Origin: Anaerolineales bacterium
Lineage (GTDB): Bacteria > Chloroflexota > Anaerolineae > Anaerolineales > DRMV01
NCBI GenBank assembly: GCA_026996855.1
Contig: JALWJZ010000069.1
Location: 31,628 to 95,627, forward strand
DNA length: 64,000 nucleotides
Direction: 5' to 3'
Shown one piece after another: positions 9,109 to 18,427 of this stretch (its first letter is position 1; each line of letters begins with the position of its first letter). The notes under the pieces were generated by a model, which searched no databases, was not told where the DNA came from, and saw only the letters and a program-made list of their open reading frames with translations. The position numbers and the translations under genes are program-made.

Positions 9109-9472
9109 AGAGGCGCTGTGGGATTATCTCCATCGGCTGATGGAACGCTATCGCTCGCGGCCGGAAGTTCGGGCCGTGGTTTTGTTCGGCTCCCTGGTGA
9201 GCGGGGAATTCGCTGTAGGGAGCGACGTCGATTTACTCCTCGTTTTGGACGAAAGTCCGCAACCCTTCCCGGACCGCATTCCCAAATATCTGCCCGAAGA
9301 TGCGCCCATTGACGTCCAGGTGTTTCCCTATACCGTCGAGGAAATTCGCCGAGGACAACCCATGGCTCTGGAAGCCTTGCGCACCGGGAAGGTGCTGTGG
9401 GCCGATACGGACCTCGAGACGCTGCTCAACGCAAAATCCTCCCCGACACCTTCCGAAACGAGGTCACCATGA
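9086..9472 (+). CDS. minimal nucleotidyltransferase (MNT, Pol-beta superfamily), partner of the HEPN gene
   Basis: VVLFGSLVSGEFAVGSDVDLLLVL carries the GS...DxD NTase motif. The start is uncertain (GTG 9086 or ATG 9050). The stop overlaps the era ATG (ATGA at 9469-9472). Confidence 0.75.
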   Translation: MQITWIDEEALWDYLHRLMERYRSRPEVRAVVLFGSLVSGEFAVGSDVDLLLVLDESPQPFPDRIPKYLPEDAPIDVQVFPYTVEEIRRGQPMALEALRTGKVLWADTDLETLLNAKSSPTPSETRSP

Positions 9473-10434
9473 GCCTGTACGAGCGTATCCCCGAAGGCTT
9501 CAAAGCCGGTTTCGTGGCCGTGGCCGGACGCCCCAACGTGGGCAAGTCCACCCTCATCAACGCGCTGCTGGGGCAGAAGATCGCCGCGGTTTCGCCCAAA
9601 CCCCAAACCACCCGCAAGCGCCAGTTGGGCATCCTCACCCTGCCGGAGCGGGGCCAAATCGTGTTCATCGACACCCCCGGCATCCATTACCCCCTGCACG
9701 AACTGGGCCGCGCCCTGAACCTGGAAGCCCGGGAAGCCCTGGACGACGCCGACGTGGTGCTCTTCCTGGTGGACGGCAGCCAACTGCCCCACCAGGAGGA
9801 CCGGCTGGTGGCCCAAAACATCCGGCTGGGTGCCAAGGACAAACCCGTACTCCTGGCCATGAACAAAGTGGACAAAGTAAGCGAGGAAGACCGGCCCGCG
9901 CGGGAAGCCCTGTACCGCTCCCTGTACCCGGAGGCCGAATTTCTGGCTATCTCCGCGCTCACGGGGGAAAACCTGGACACCCTGGTGGACAAAATCCTGG
10001 AGCGCCTGCCCGAAAGCCCGCCCTACTACGACGAAGACCAAATCACGGACCTGTACGAACGGGAAATCGCCGCGGACCTGATTCGGGAGGCCGCGCTCCA
10101 CTTCCTCCACGACGAGGTGCCCCACGCCATCGCGGTGCGCATCGACGAGTACAAGGAGCGGGGCGACGACGCCGCCTACATCGCGGCCACCCTGTTCGTG
10201 GAGCGGGATTCCCAAAAGGCCATTGTCATCGGCAAGGGCGGCGCCATGATTAAGAAAATCGGTACCCTGGCTCGCCAATCCATCGAGGCCATGTCCGGCC
10301 GCAAGGTGTACCTGGACCTGCGGGTGAAAGTGCACAAGAACTGGCGCAACGACCCGGCCATGCTCATGCGCTTTGGCTTTCCGGCCCAATGGTTCAAAGG
10401 CAAACGCGGCCGACGGAGGAGGCGAAGACGATGA
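9469..10434 (+). CDS. era: GTPase Era
   Basis: GFVAVAGRPNVGKSTLINALLG, DTPG, NKVD and a C-terminal KH domain (VERDSQKAIVIGKGGAMIKKIG). Confidence 0.95.
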   Translation: MSLYERIPEGFKAGFVAVAGRPNVGKSTLINALLGQKIAAVSPKPQTTRKRQLGILTLPERGQIVFIDTPGIHYPLHELGRALNLEAREALDDADVVLFLVDGSQLPHQEDRLVAQNIRLGAKDKPVLLAMNKVDKVSEEDRPAREALYRSLYPEAEFLAISALTGENLDTLVDKILERLPESPPYYDEDQITDLYEREIAADLIREAALHFLHDEVPHAIAVRIDEYKERGDDAAYIAATLFVERDSQKAIVIGKGGAMIKKIGTLARQSIEAMSGRKVYLDLRVKVHKNWRNDPAMLMRFGFPAQWFKGKRGRRRRRRR

Positions 10435-11519
10435 CCAAGTTCCTTCACCGTCGGGATGTACTCAAACTCATGCTGGGGGCCGTGGGCGCCCTGGCCCTGC
10501 CTGCGTGGGCGCGGCGGGCGCCCCTGCTGCAACCCCAATTCCCCGATGCGCCCCTGCTGGGGCGCAACGCTTCCCAGGGCCGCATCGAAATCAAGGCCCA
10601 GCCCCACGCCGACAGCCCCACCATCGGCTACCTGTTCGAAGACGCGGTGGTGCCCTGGTTGCGGGAAGTGGTGGGCGTGCACCCCTACCGCATCAACCAG
10701 CGCTTCGTGGACACCGGCCAGGGATACATCTGGGCGCCGTATCTGCAACCCGTGCGCAACCTGCCCAATCAGCCCCTGGAGCAACTCCCTCAATACGGGG
10801 AAAAACCCGGCATGTGGGCCGAGGTGACGGTACCTTATGTGGACCTCATCCCCGCCAACCCGCCTTTACGCTCCCCCTGGTGGAAGGAAGTGAAGCATCC
10901 TCGCCTGTACTACGGCCAGGTGGTGTGGATTGATGCCCTCAAGACCGACGACCAGAGCCGGGTGTGGTACCACGTTACCGAGCGGCACGGCACCTACGGC
11001 GATACCTTTTGGGCCCTGGCCCAGGCCTTTCGCCCCGTGACGCCGGAAGAAATCGCGCCCCTTTCCCCCGGCGTGGAAGACAAACGCATCGTGGTGGACG
11101 TGACCTACCAGACCATGAGTTGCTACGAAGGCAACACCGAGGTGTACTTCTGCCGGGTTTCCACGGGCGCCAAGTTCGACGCGGAAGGCAACCCCGTGGA
11201 CAAATGGGCCACCCCCCTGGGCACCAATCCCATCTGGCGCAAGTTGATTTCCCTGCACATGACGGGCGGCACCACCGGCGGCGGCTGGGACGTGCCCGCG
11301 GTAACCTGGGTCTCCCTCTTCGTGGGCAGCGGTGTGGCCATCCACGGCACCTACTGGCACAACGATTTCGGCGTGCCTCGCTCCCACGGGTGCGTCAACG
11401 TCACCCACGAGGATGCCAAATGGGTCTTTCGCTGGACCCATCCCCCCGTGCCCTACGACCCCGGTGATATCACCATCCCCATGCCCGGCGGTACCCTGGT
11501 GCAGGTCGTCGAGCGTTAG
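10431..11519 (+). CDS. L,D-transpeptidase (YkuD domain) with a Tat-type signal peptide
   Basis: MTKFLHRRDVLKLMLGAVGALALPAWA is a twin-arginine-like signal. The catalytic region is HGTYWHNDFGVPRSHGCVNV. ATGA overlap with era. Confidence 0.8.
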   Translation: MTKFLHRRDVLKLMLGAVGALALPAWARRAPLLQPQFPDAPLLGRNASQGRIEIKAQPHADSPTIGYLFEDAVVPWLREVVGVHPYRINQRFVDTGQGYIWAPYLQPVRNLPNQPLEQLPQYGEKPGMWAEVTVPYVDLIPANPPLRSPWWKEVKHPRLYYGQVVWIDALKTDDQSRVWYHVTERHGTYGDTFWALAQAFRPVTPEEIAPLSPGVEDKRIVVDVTYQTMSCYEGNTEVYFCRVSTGAKFDAEGNPVDKWATPLGTNPIWRKLISLHMTGGTTGGGWDVPAVTWVSLFVGSGVAIHGTYWHNDFGVPRSHGCVNVTHEDAKWVFRWTHPPVPYDPGDITIPMPGGTLVQVVER

Positions 11520-11682
11520 TGCGCGGTATCGCAAAACCTCGCCCGCGGAAAATTCGTATCCGGCGGCACCCACCCCAAAAAGCGCGCACGTCTACACGCA
11601 TTCCTCGGTATAATGAGAGGCATCCCTGCCTTCAACAAAACACAAAGGGGCCCTTGCATTTCCTTACAGGAGGACGGTTTTC

Positions 11683-12420
11683 ATGATTGCCCAATTGCTC
11701 CAGGCCGTAACCGCCTTCGTCGGCGGTGTGGTCTCCTTTATCTCGCCCTGTGTGCTCCCCCTGGTGCCGGCTTACATTGGCTACCTGGGCAGCCAGGGAC
11801 TGACCATAAGCGACGAACCCAGCATGGAGCGAAAGTGGCACACGTTGCGCCACGGCTTTGCCTTCGTTCTGGGCTTCACCGTCATCTTTCTCACCCTGGG
11901 CTTTACGGCTTCCGCCCTGGGCACGCTGCTTTACGACCTGCGCTTCTACCTGGCCCGCATTGGTGGGGTCATCGTCATCCTCTTTGGTCTGCACATGCTG
12001 GGGATTTTGCGCATCCCCCTGCTCTCCTACGAATGGCGGGCCGGCGATATGGAACGGTGGGAAGGCCGCGGGTACATCACCTCTTTCTTCATGGGCATCT
12101 TCTTCTCCGCGGGATGGTCTCCGTGCGTAGGTCCCGTGCTGGGCACCATTCTCACCCTGACGTTACAGGAAGGTACCATCAGTTGGGGAATGGCCTTGCT
12201 GGCCATTTACTCCCTGGGACTGGCCGTGCCCTTCCTGGCTGCGGCCTGGAGCCTGGATTGGGTCCTGACCCTTCTGCATAAGTACGGGAAGGTCAGCCAC
12301 TGGGCCGAAAAATTCATGGGCGCGGTACTGGTACTCATGGGCATCCTGCTGGTCACCGGGCGCCTGGCTCGGCTGGCCAGTGTACAAACCTGGAGCGACC
12401 TCTGGAGGGTGTTATGGTAA
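11683..12420 (+). CDS. ccdA: cytochrome c biogenesis thiol-reductant transporter CcdA (DsbD family)
   Basis: FISPCVLPLVPAYIGYL and SAGWSPCVGPVLG are the two conserved Cys motifs. The protein is polytopic. Confidence 0.85.
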   Translation: MIAQLLQAVTAFVGGVVSFISPCVLPLVPAYIGYLGSQGLTISDEPSMERKWHTLRHGFAFVLGFTVIFLTLGFTASALGTLLYDLRFYLARIGGVIVILFGLHMLGILRIPLLSYEWRAGDMERWEGRGYITSFFMGIFFSAGWSPCVGPVLGTILTLTLQEGTISWGMALLAIYSLGLAVPFLAAAWSLDWVLTLLHKYGKVSHWAEKFMGAVLVLMGILLVTGRLARLASVQTWSDLWRVLW

Positions 12421-12980
12421 CGCGCAAACGACGCACCTCTCCCCAACTGACCTTGATGTTCGGTGTGGGCCTGGCTTTGATTCTGTTGGGCCTGGGGCTG
12501 GCCGTGGGCCGCTTTCTCCACGCCCGGGACGAACGCACCCAAACCACAGCCGGTGCTTCGGCTGCATGGAAGGGTACGGCGCCCGACTTCGCTTTGGTTT
12601 CCCTCACGGGAAAAACCTACCGCCTTTCGGAATTGCGAGGTACCCCCGTCGTGCTTAACTTCTGGGCCACCTGGTGTCCGCCGTGCAAAGCCGAAATGCC
12701 TTTGCTGGACCGCATGGCCGCGCAACTGGAAGGAAAGGTGCTCTTCCTGGCCGTCAACTTCGGCGAACCGAAGGACATGGTGGAAATTTTCCAGGAGAAC
12801 ATGGGCTTTCAACACATCATCCTCCTGGTGGACGAGAAAGGCATTGCCGGGCGGCGCTACGGCGTTCAAGCCCTACCTACCACCTTTTTCATCGATGCTC
12901 AGGGTAATGTGGTGGCCCAGCACATGGGCATTTTGGACGAAGGGAGCCTTTCTGCTTACCTGGACAAATTGTTGAAGTAA
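12414..12980 (+). CDS. membrane-anchored thioredoxin-like thiol:disulfide oxidoreductase (ResA/TlpA type)
   Basis: An N-terminal TM segment is followed by VVLNFWATWCPPCKAEMP (WCxxC thioredoxin motif). Overlaps the ccdA stop. Confidence 0.85.
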   Translation: MVTRKRRTSPQLTLMFGVGLALILLGLGLAVGRFLHARDERTQTTAGASAAWKGTAPDFALVSLTGKTYRLSELRGTPVVLNFWATWCPPCKAEMPLLDRMAAQLEGKVLFLAVNFGEPKDMVEIFQENMGFQHIILLVDEKGIAGRRYGVQALPTTFFIDAQGNVVAQHMGILDEGSLSAYLDKLLK

Positions 12981-13001
12981 AACGAACGCGAGGAGGCCGT
13001 A

Positions 13002-14027
13002 GTGAACGTGGAGGTTTTGGCGTATTTCCATCCCCAAGACGAAAAATGGTCCACCGTGCGCGGGTGGCTGGAAGAGTTGCGTTCTCGACACCCCTTCCAG
13101 CCGGTTTTCATCGACATCACGCAAGACCCGGCCCTGGAACGGCAGTACCGAGGCCAAACGCCCTTGCTGGAAATCGGCCCTTACGTACTGAAGGCCCCCT
13201 TCAGCAAGAAAACCCTGGAGGTCACCCTGGCGGCGGCGCGCGAAGGCCGGGCTTTCCGCGAGAGCCTGGGACGCGCCCCCCGACCCCAGGCCTTCGGACG
13301 CCTCGACCGTTTCTCCCTGTGGCTTTCCCAGAACTTCCTCTGGGTTTTCCTGGGCTTTCTCACCCTGTACGTCTCCCTTCCCTGGCTGGCACCGGTCTTC
13401 ATGAAGGTGGGTCTGGACGGCCCGGCCCGGCTGATTTACAAGGCCTACAGCGTGACCTGTCACCAACTTGCCTTTCGGTCATGGTTCTTGTTCGGGGAAC
13501 AACCGGCCTACCCGCGAGCCGCGGCCCGGGTTCCCGACCTGAAGACCTACGGCCAGGTCACGGGTTACGACGAAGAGGACCTGTGGACGGCGCGGGCCTT
13601 CATCGGCAATGAGCGCCTGGGCTACAAAGTGGCCATTTGCGAGCGGGATGTAGCCATTTGGGGCGCGTTCTGGCTCTTCACCCTCATCTACGCGGTGGCC
13701 TACAGCCGGGGCAAACGTTTACCGGCCTTGCCCTGGTATTTGTGGATTTTGCTGGGCTGGACGCCCGTCGGGTTGGATGGCTTCTCGCAACTTTTGAGCC
13801 AGATACCCAACTCCTTCCTGCCCTACCGGGAAAGCACGCCTCTCTTGCGCACCCTGACGGGTTTCATCTTCGGTTTCACCACGGCCTGGTTCATGGTTCC
13901 CATGATGATGGAAAGCATGGAAGAAACCCGGGTTTTGTTGTTGCGCAAAAAACGCCTGCTGGAAGCCCGACGGCAGGCCCGCCAGGACATACCCGAAAAA
14001 GCGGAACCTGCAGCCCCTGCATCGTAG
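13002..14027 (+). CDS. fusion of a glutaredoxin-like domain lacking CxxC with a DUF2085-type membrane domain
   Basis: The N-terminus VEVLAYFHPQDEKWSTVRGWLEEL...FIDITQDPALERQYRGQTPLLEI looks like a glutaredoxin-2/DUF836 fold without cysteines. The rest is polytopic with CHQLAFRSWF and ICERDVAIWG (DUF2085-like, recalled). GTG start. Confidence 0.55.
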   Translation: MNVEVLAYFHPQDEKWSTVRGWLEELRSRHPFQPVFIDITQDPALERQYRGQTPLLEIGPYVLKAPFSKKTLEVTLAAAREGRAFRESLGRAPRPQAFGRLDRFSLWLSQNFLWVFLGFLTLYVSLPWLAPVFMKVGLDGPARLIYKAYSVTCHQLAFRSWFLFGEQPAYPRAAARVPDLKTYGQVTGYDEEDLWTARAFIGNERLGYKVAICERDVAIWGAFWLFTLIYAVAYSRGKRLPALPWYLWILLGWTPVGLDGFSQLLSQIPNSFLPYRESTPLLRTLTGFIFGFTTAWFMVPMMMESMEETRVLLLRKKRLLEARRQARQDIPEKAEPAAPAS

Positions 14028-14045
14028 AAACAGCGGGAAGACCCC

Positions 14046-14831
14046 ATGCCCTTCCGAAGCGACAACGGCCTGACCTGGTGGTACGACGAAGCCCTGGACG
14101 CGCTGGGCGTGCTGCACGGCGTTTTCACCCGGCAGGGCGGGGTGAGCCCCGCACCCTGGGCCTCTTTGAATACCAGCATCACCACCGGCGACGCGCCCGA
14201 GAACGTGCGGGAAAACCTGGAGCGGGCTTTTCGCGCCCTGGGGCGGGACTTCGCCACCCGGTACGATACCTGGCTGGTGCACGGCACCCGGGTGGTGCTG
14301 GCTCCGGCCCCGCGGACCCATCGCATGCCGCCCCTGCAGGCCGATGCCATCATCACCCACAACCCGCGCGTGACCCTGCTCATGCGCTTTGCCGATTGCC
14401 TGCCCATCCTGGTGTACGAACCCAAGCGTCGGGTACTGGGGCTGGCCCATGCGGGGTGGCGCAGCACCGCGCAAGGCATCGCTCTGCGCCTGGTCGAGGC
14501 CCTGGCCCAGGCCTACAACGCCCGGCCCCGCCGGATGGTCGCGGTGCTGGGTCCGGCCATCGGCCCCGACCATTACGAAGTAGGGCCAGAGGTGGAAGCG
14601 GCTTTCCAGCATCACTTCGGGGAAACGGCCAAAACCTGGTTCCGCCCTTTGGGCCAGCGCCAGGCCCTGGATCTGTGGGCGGCCAACGCGTGGCAATTGC
14701 ACCGGGCCGGTGTGGGCCAGGTGCGCATTTCGGGCATATGCACCGCGTGCGATACCACCCGCTGGTTTTCCCACCGCGCGGAGCAAGGGCGGACCGGACG
14801 ATTTCCCGCGCTGGCTGCCCTGCCCGAATGA
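14046..14831 (+). CDS. pgeF: YfiH/PgeF family (laccase-domain) purine nucleoside phosphorylase / peptidoglycan editing factor
   Basis: GVLHGVFTRQGGVS...NTS...DAIITH...FADCLPIL...AHAGWRST...CTACD...FSHR shows the family's typical His/Cys/His pattern. Confidence 0.8.
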   Translation: MPFRSDNGLTWWYDEALDALGVLHGVFTRQGGVSPAPWASLNTSITTGDAPENVRENLERAFRALGRDFATRYDTWLVHGTRVVLAPAPRTHRMPPLQADAIITHNPRVTLLMRFADCLPILVYEPKRRVLGLAHAGWRSTAQGIALRLVEALAQAYNARPRRMVAVLGPAIGPDHYEVGPEVEAAFQHHFGETAKTWFRPLGQRQALDLWAANAWQLHRAGVGQVRISGICTACDTTRWFSHRAEQGRTGRFPALAALPE

Positions 14832-14870
14832 AAACAGCCGATAATCCTCCTCGATTGGCCCACGGAAAAA

Positions 14871-14901
14871 GAAAGGGCGGCCTGATCCGGGCCGCCCTTT
14901 C
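14871..14901. terminator. bidirectional intrinsic terminator between convergent pgeF and cbaA
   Basis: GAAAGGGCGGCC (14871-14882), a 7-nt loop, then GGCCGCCCTTTC (14890-14901). An A5 run lies upstream, which gives a T-run for the minus-strand operon. Confidence 0.75.
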
Positions 14902-14914
14902 TTGCATTTCCGCT

Positions 14915-16567
14915 TTACCACAACGGGATGCGGGGCGCGGTGACCAGCACCATGTTCTGAACCAGGTCCAACAACACGGGCGTGTAAGCCAACAGGACCA
15001 GGAACACCGCACCCACCACCCAGGGCCGCCAGGTATCCAGCCAGGCCGGGGTGAGTTGCGGATCTTGCAGGGCCTCGGCCACCGGCGGCTCTACCGTCAC
15101 CCGTTCCTTCGGTTTGGCAAAGGCAAAATACGCGGCAATGACGATGAACAGCGTGCCACCAGTCACCAAAAGGATGCCGCCGATGAGTTCCCGCAGCAGC
15201 AGGCCCTGCCACTCCGGCGGAATGTAGGGGGCATTGCCCAGAGGCGTGCGCCGGGGCGCGCCCAGCAACCCCAGGGCGTGCATGGCCTGGGAGAAAATGG
15301 CCATACCGATGGCATACAGCCACACCTGCACTCGGGCCAATTTCACCGGCAACGGCTTGCCCGTAAGATAAGGCGCCCACCAGTAAAAAATGCCGATGAA
15401 GGTCAGGGTCACCGCGGTACCCACCGTGAGATGGAAGTGGCCGGAAACCCAGGTGGTGTTGTGCAAAATCATGTTCACGTTGTACGAGGCGTTGATGACG
15501 CCACCGATGCCGCCGAACACGAAAATGAGGCCGGCCAGCAATTGCGCGGCCACCGACGGGTCACCCCAGGGCAGCGCGCGAATCCAACCCAAAAGGCCTT
15601 TACCACCCCGCTTACGGCCCGCGTATTCCAGCGAAGCCACCACCGTGAACAGGGTCATCATAGAGGGCACCACGACCGATAGGGTAAGCAACGCATGGAT
15701 GTACCGCCAGGTAGGGGGAACGCCGGGGTCCAGGTACTGATGATGGAACCCTACGGGCACCGAGAGCAACAGGAAGAGCCAAAAGGCCAATCGCGCCAAG
15801 GTATCGCTGAAGAGTTTGCCGCCGGCCTGGCGCGGCAAATAGCCGTACCAGGAAATGTACGCCGGCAACAACCAGAAGTACACCAACGGATGACCGAACC
15901 ACCAGAACAGGGTCCGGGCCAACTCCACATCCAGGCCCGGGGTCAGCCCCAGAGACCAGGGGAGGAGCAGAATCAACACTTCCGCGGCCACACCGATGGT
16001 AGCCAGTTGCCAAAGGAGAAAAGTCAGCACCGAAGCAAAGGCGATGAAGGGCGAACGCTGGCCGGGATTGGCCTTGCGCCAGGCAAAATAGGTCCAGGCC
16101 AAGCCCCAACCTTCAATCCAGGAACCAACTACCAGCAGGGCCAGGCCCAGATAGAAGAACCAGGGGGCCAGCATGGGCGGGTAGAAGGTGTACAACACCG
16201 TGGCCTGGTTGAGCCAGATGGGAATCGCGGCCAGCACCACACCCAGGGTCATTACCCAAAAACCAAGCCAGTTCACCTTGGCCGATTTCAACGGCTGTTT
16301 GAGGCCATAGACCACGTTGAAGGTCAAAAAGGCCATGATGAAGTACGTGGTCCACACGATGGCATTGAGCACACCGTGCAACGTCAGGCCCTGGTAGTAA
16401 TTCTTGATACCGATTTTGCTCAGCCAACCGTACCAATCGATACCGCCGTGGTTGAGGATCTGGAACAAACCCAAGGAACCGCCAATAGAGATGGCCACGA
16501 CCCCAATCACCAGATGCCAAACGATGAGTTTCTTCTCACTGGGGGGAAGCCGGAACGTTTCGGCCAT
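14915..16567 (-). CDS. cbaA: ba3-type cytochrome c oxidase subunit I
   Basis: Long collinear matches to Thermus ba3 subunit I as recalled: YYQGLTLHGVLNAIVWT, ATVLYTFYPP, ARTLFWWFGHPLVYFWLLPAY, VGFHHQY, GWIRALPWGDP, VSGHFHLTV. Confidence 0.9.
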   Translation of the reverse strand: MAETFRLPPSEKKLIVWHLVIGVVAISIGGSLGLFQILNHGGIDWYGWLSKIGIKNYYQGLTLHGVLNAIVWTTYFIMAFLTFNVVYGLKQPLKSAKVNWLGFWVMTLGVVLAAIPIWLNQATVLYTFYPPMLAPWFFYLGLALLVVGSWIEGWGLAWTYFAWRKANPGQRSPFIAFASVLTFLLWQLATIGVAAEVLILLLPWSLGLTPGLDVELARTLFWWFGHPLVYFWLLPAYISWYGYLPRQAGGKLFSDTLARLAFWLFLLLSVPVGFHHQYLDPGVPPTWRYIHALLTLSVVVPSMMTLFTVVASLEYAGRKRGGKGLLGWIRALPWGDPSVAAQLLAGLIFVFGGIGGVINASYNVNMILHNTTWVSGHFHLTVGTAVTLTFIGIFYWWAPYLTGKPLPVKLARVQVWLYAIGMAIFSQAMHALGLLGAPRRTPLGNAPYIPPEWQGLLLRELIGGILLVTGGTLFIVIAAYFAFAKPKERVTVEPPVAEALQDPQLTPAWLDTWRPWVVGAVFLVLLAYTPVLLDLVQNMVLVTAPRIPLW

Positions 16568-16600
16568 GGCACAACCCTCCTTATCATATTGAAGAGGTGC

Positions 16601-17110
16601 TTATTTCGATTCCGTCACCTTGATGACGCCATACATGGCCGCATGGCCAATGCCGCAATACTCGGTACAGATGAAGGAATATTCACCAGGTTCCTGAAAA
16701 GTGTAAGACACCTTCCCCACATAGCCCGGCAACACCTGCATGCTTACACTGGTGCCCACGATTTTGAAGGCGTGTTGCACATCCGCGCTGGTGACGTAGA
16801 AAGTAACCCTGGCACCCACCGGCACCTGGATTTCGCGCGGCTCGAATTGCCACACCTTGGCGATCATGTACACCTCGTAGTGCTTTCCCGGCACCACCTC
16901 CCGCACACCGGGATTGGACCAAATGGGGTCATCCTTGAGCCGAGCCGGGTCCACTCGACGCTCCAACGTGGGCACCTGCACGCCCCAGGCAAACGCGGCC
17001 ACACCGATGAGCACGGCGAAAGCCGCCATCAATGCGATACTGATTTGAATCCAACGCTTCTCCAAAACATCGATGTGCATGATGCACCTCCTGTGGCATC
17101 CTTCGAACAT
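16601..17110 (-). CDS. cbaB: ba3-type cytochrome c oxidase subunit II (CuA)
   Basis: A single N-terminal TM segment followed by a cupredoxin domain, ending FICTEYCGIGHAAMYGVIKV (CuA ligands CxxxCxxxH..M). Confidence 0.9.
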   Translation of the reverse strand: MFEGCHRRCIMHIDVLEKRWIQISIALMAAFAVLIGVAAFAWGVQVPTLERRVDPARLKDDPIWSNPGVREVVPGKHYEVYMIAKVWQFEPREIQVPVGARVTFYVTSADVQHAFKIVGTSVSMQVLPGYVGKVSYTFQEPGEYSFICTEYCGIGHAAMYGVIKVTESK

Positions 17111-17134
17111 TGAAGGGGAGGGTCCCTGCCCTTC

Positions 17135-17254
17135 TCACACCGTGGGGCCGTGCTGAATGAGCAAGTAATACACCGTGCCCCAAATGAGTACCAACAACAC
17201 CAAAAAGAGCAAAGCGAACACCCATGTGCCCTTGGGGACGAAATCCTCCTTCAT
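17135..17254 (-). CDS. cbaD: ba3 oxidase subunit IIa-like single-TM micropeptide (39 aa)
   Basis: Not in the ORF track because it is under 60 aa. GGAGGTGGCAAG-ATG starts it; the translation is MKEDFVPKGTWVFALLFLVLLVLIWGTVYYLLIQHGPTV*. It lies directly upstream of cbaB and has the same size and architecture as Thermus subunit IIa. Confidence 0.65.
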   Translation of the reverse strand: MKEDFVPKGTWVFALLFLVLLVLIWGTVYYLLIQHGPTV

Positions 17255-17294
17255 CTTGCCACCTCCTGAAAATGGACCGGTTTCCGGAACGGAA

Positions 17295-17747
17295 TCACTT
17301 GCGTACTTCCACTTCCACGGTGATGGGTTCGTGCTTTTCGAACGTCAAAGTCAACTGGAATTTGGTGCCCGGTTCGAAGGGGATTTGCTTGTGCATGCAC
17401 ATCATGTGCAAACCGCCAGGTTTCAACTCCACCGTTTCACCGGGGGGGAGGGGAATCCTGCCGCCTTCCACGGGTCGCATACCCATGGCCCCACCTTCTT
17501 TCTGATACGTCTCGTGGAATTCAATCATTTTGCAGGCTTCGGTAGAAGCGCCTACCAGCGCATCCGCCTCGGAACCCTTGTTGGCGAGTTTCATGTAAAT
17601 GGCACCCATTGCCGCGGCCATGGGGGAAGAGCGGGCCCACGGATCCTGTACCTCGATCTTCGGGCCTTTCGGCGCGGCAGTACAAGCGGCCAGGCCCAGA
17701 GCAAAGAGAAGCACAAGCACCACCAAACGAGCGGACCGGAACATCAA
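17295..17747 (-). CDS. copper chaperone PCu(A)C (DUF461) lipoprotein
   Basis: Lipobox LGLAAC, then AMGAIYMKLAN.G...MIEFHET......M.......PG..H.M motifs typical of PCuAC. Confidence 0.8.
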   Translation of the reverse strand: MMFRSARLVVLVLLFALGLAACTAAPKGPKIEVQDPWARSSPMAAAMGAIYMKLANKGSEADALVGASTEACKMIEFHETYQKEGGAMGMRPVEGGRIPLPPGETVELKPGGLHMMCMHKQIPFEPGTKFQLTLTFEKHEPITVEVEVRK

Positions 17748-17782
17748 AACACCTCCTCACCAGATAATGGACATGGGCTCGG

Positions 17783-18403
17783 TCATTCGCGGCTTATGAG
17801 GTACTTCAAATCCTCGGCCATTTGCTCGGGGGTGATTCCTTCGGGGCCAAAAGTGGGGGGAAAGATGACTTTGAGATAACCCTCGGGATTGATGAGCACG
17901 GTGAAAGCGCTGTGGTCTACCAGGTAACCCGTCTCCGGCGTACCCTCATGACGGTAATAGTACACGCCATACTGGGTTGCCACTTCCCGAATTTGTTCGG
18001 GCGTTCCCGTCAGACCGATGAACGAGGGGTGGAAATAGGATACGTATTCGGCCATGCGCTCGGGCGTGTCTCGTTCCGGATCCACCGAAATCATGATGAC
18101 CTGCAAATCTTTGGCCCTGGGGCCCAGCAGGTCCATCACCCGAGCCAGGTCGGCCAGAGTGGTCGGGCACACGTCCGGGCAGTAGGTGTAACCAAAAAAG
18201 AGCAGCACCCATTTGCCCCGAAAATCGCTCAACCGCACCGGGCCGTTGACCGACATGAGTTCGAAATCATAGGCCGGCTGGGGCGATTGGATAATGGTGC
18301 CGACAAAACGATGCGGCCAAAACCGCCACGCGGTCCATCCCGCCAGAGCCAGGAGGACCACCAATCCCAACAACCACAGGAGATTCGAACGCTTCTTGGT
18401 CAT
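17783..18403 (-). CDS. SCO1/SenC family copper-delivery thiol-disulfide protein
   Basis: N-terminal TM segment, FGYTYCPDVCPTT (CxxxC motif) and a downstream His (VDHSAF). Confidence 0.85.
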   Translation of the reverse strand: MTKKRSNLLWLLGLVVLLALAGWTAWRFWPHRFVGTIIQSPQPAYDFELMSVNGPVRLSDFRGKWVLLFFGYTYCPDVCPTTLADLARVMDLLGPRAKDLQVIMISVDPERDTPERMAEYVSYFHPSFIGLTGTPEQIREVATQYGVYYYRHEGTPETGYLVDHSAFTVLINPEGYLKVIFPPTFGPEGITPEQMAEDLKYLISRE

Positions 18404-18427
18404 GGTTACCTCACCGCTTTATGGCCC

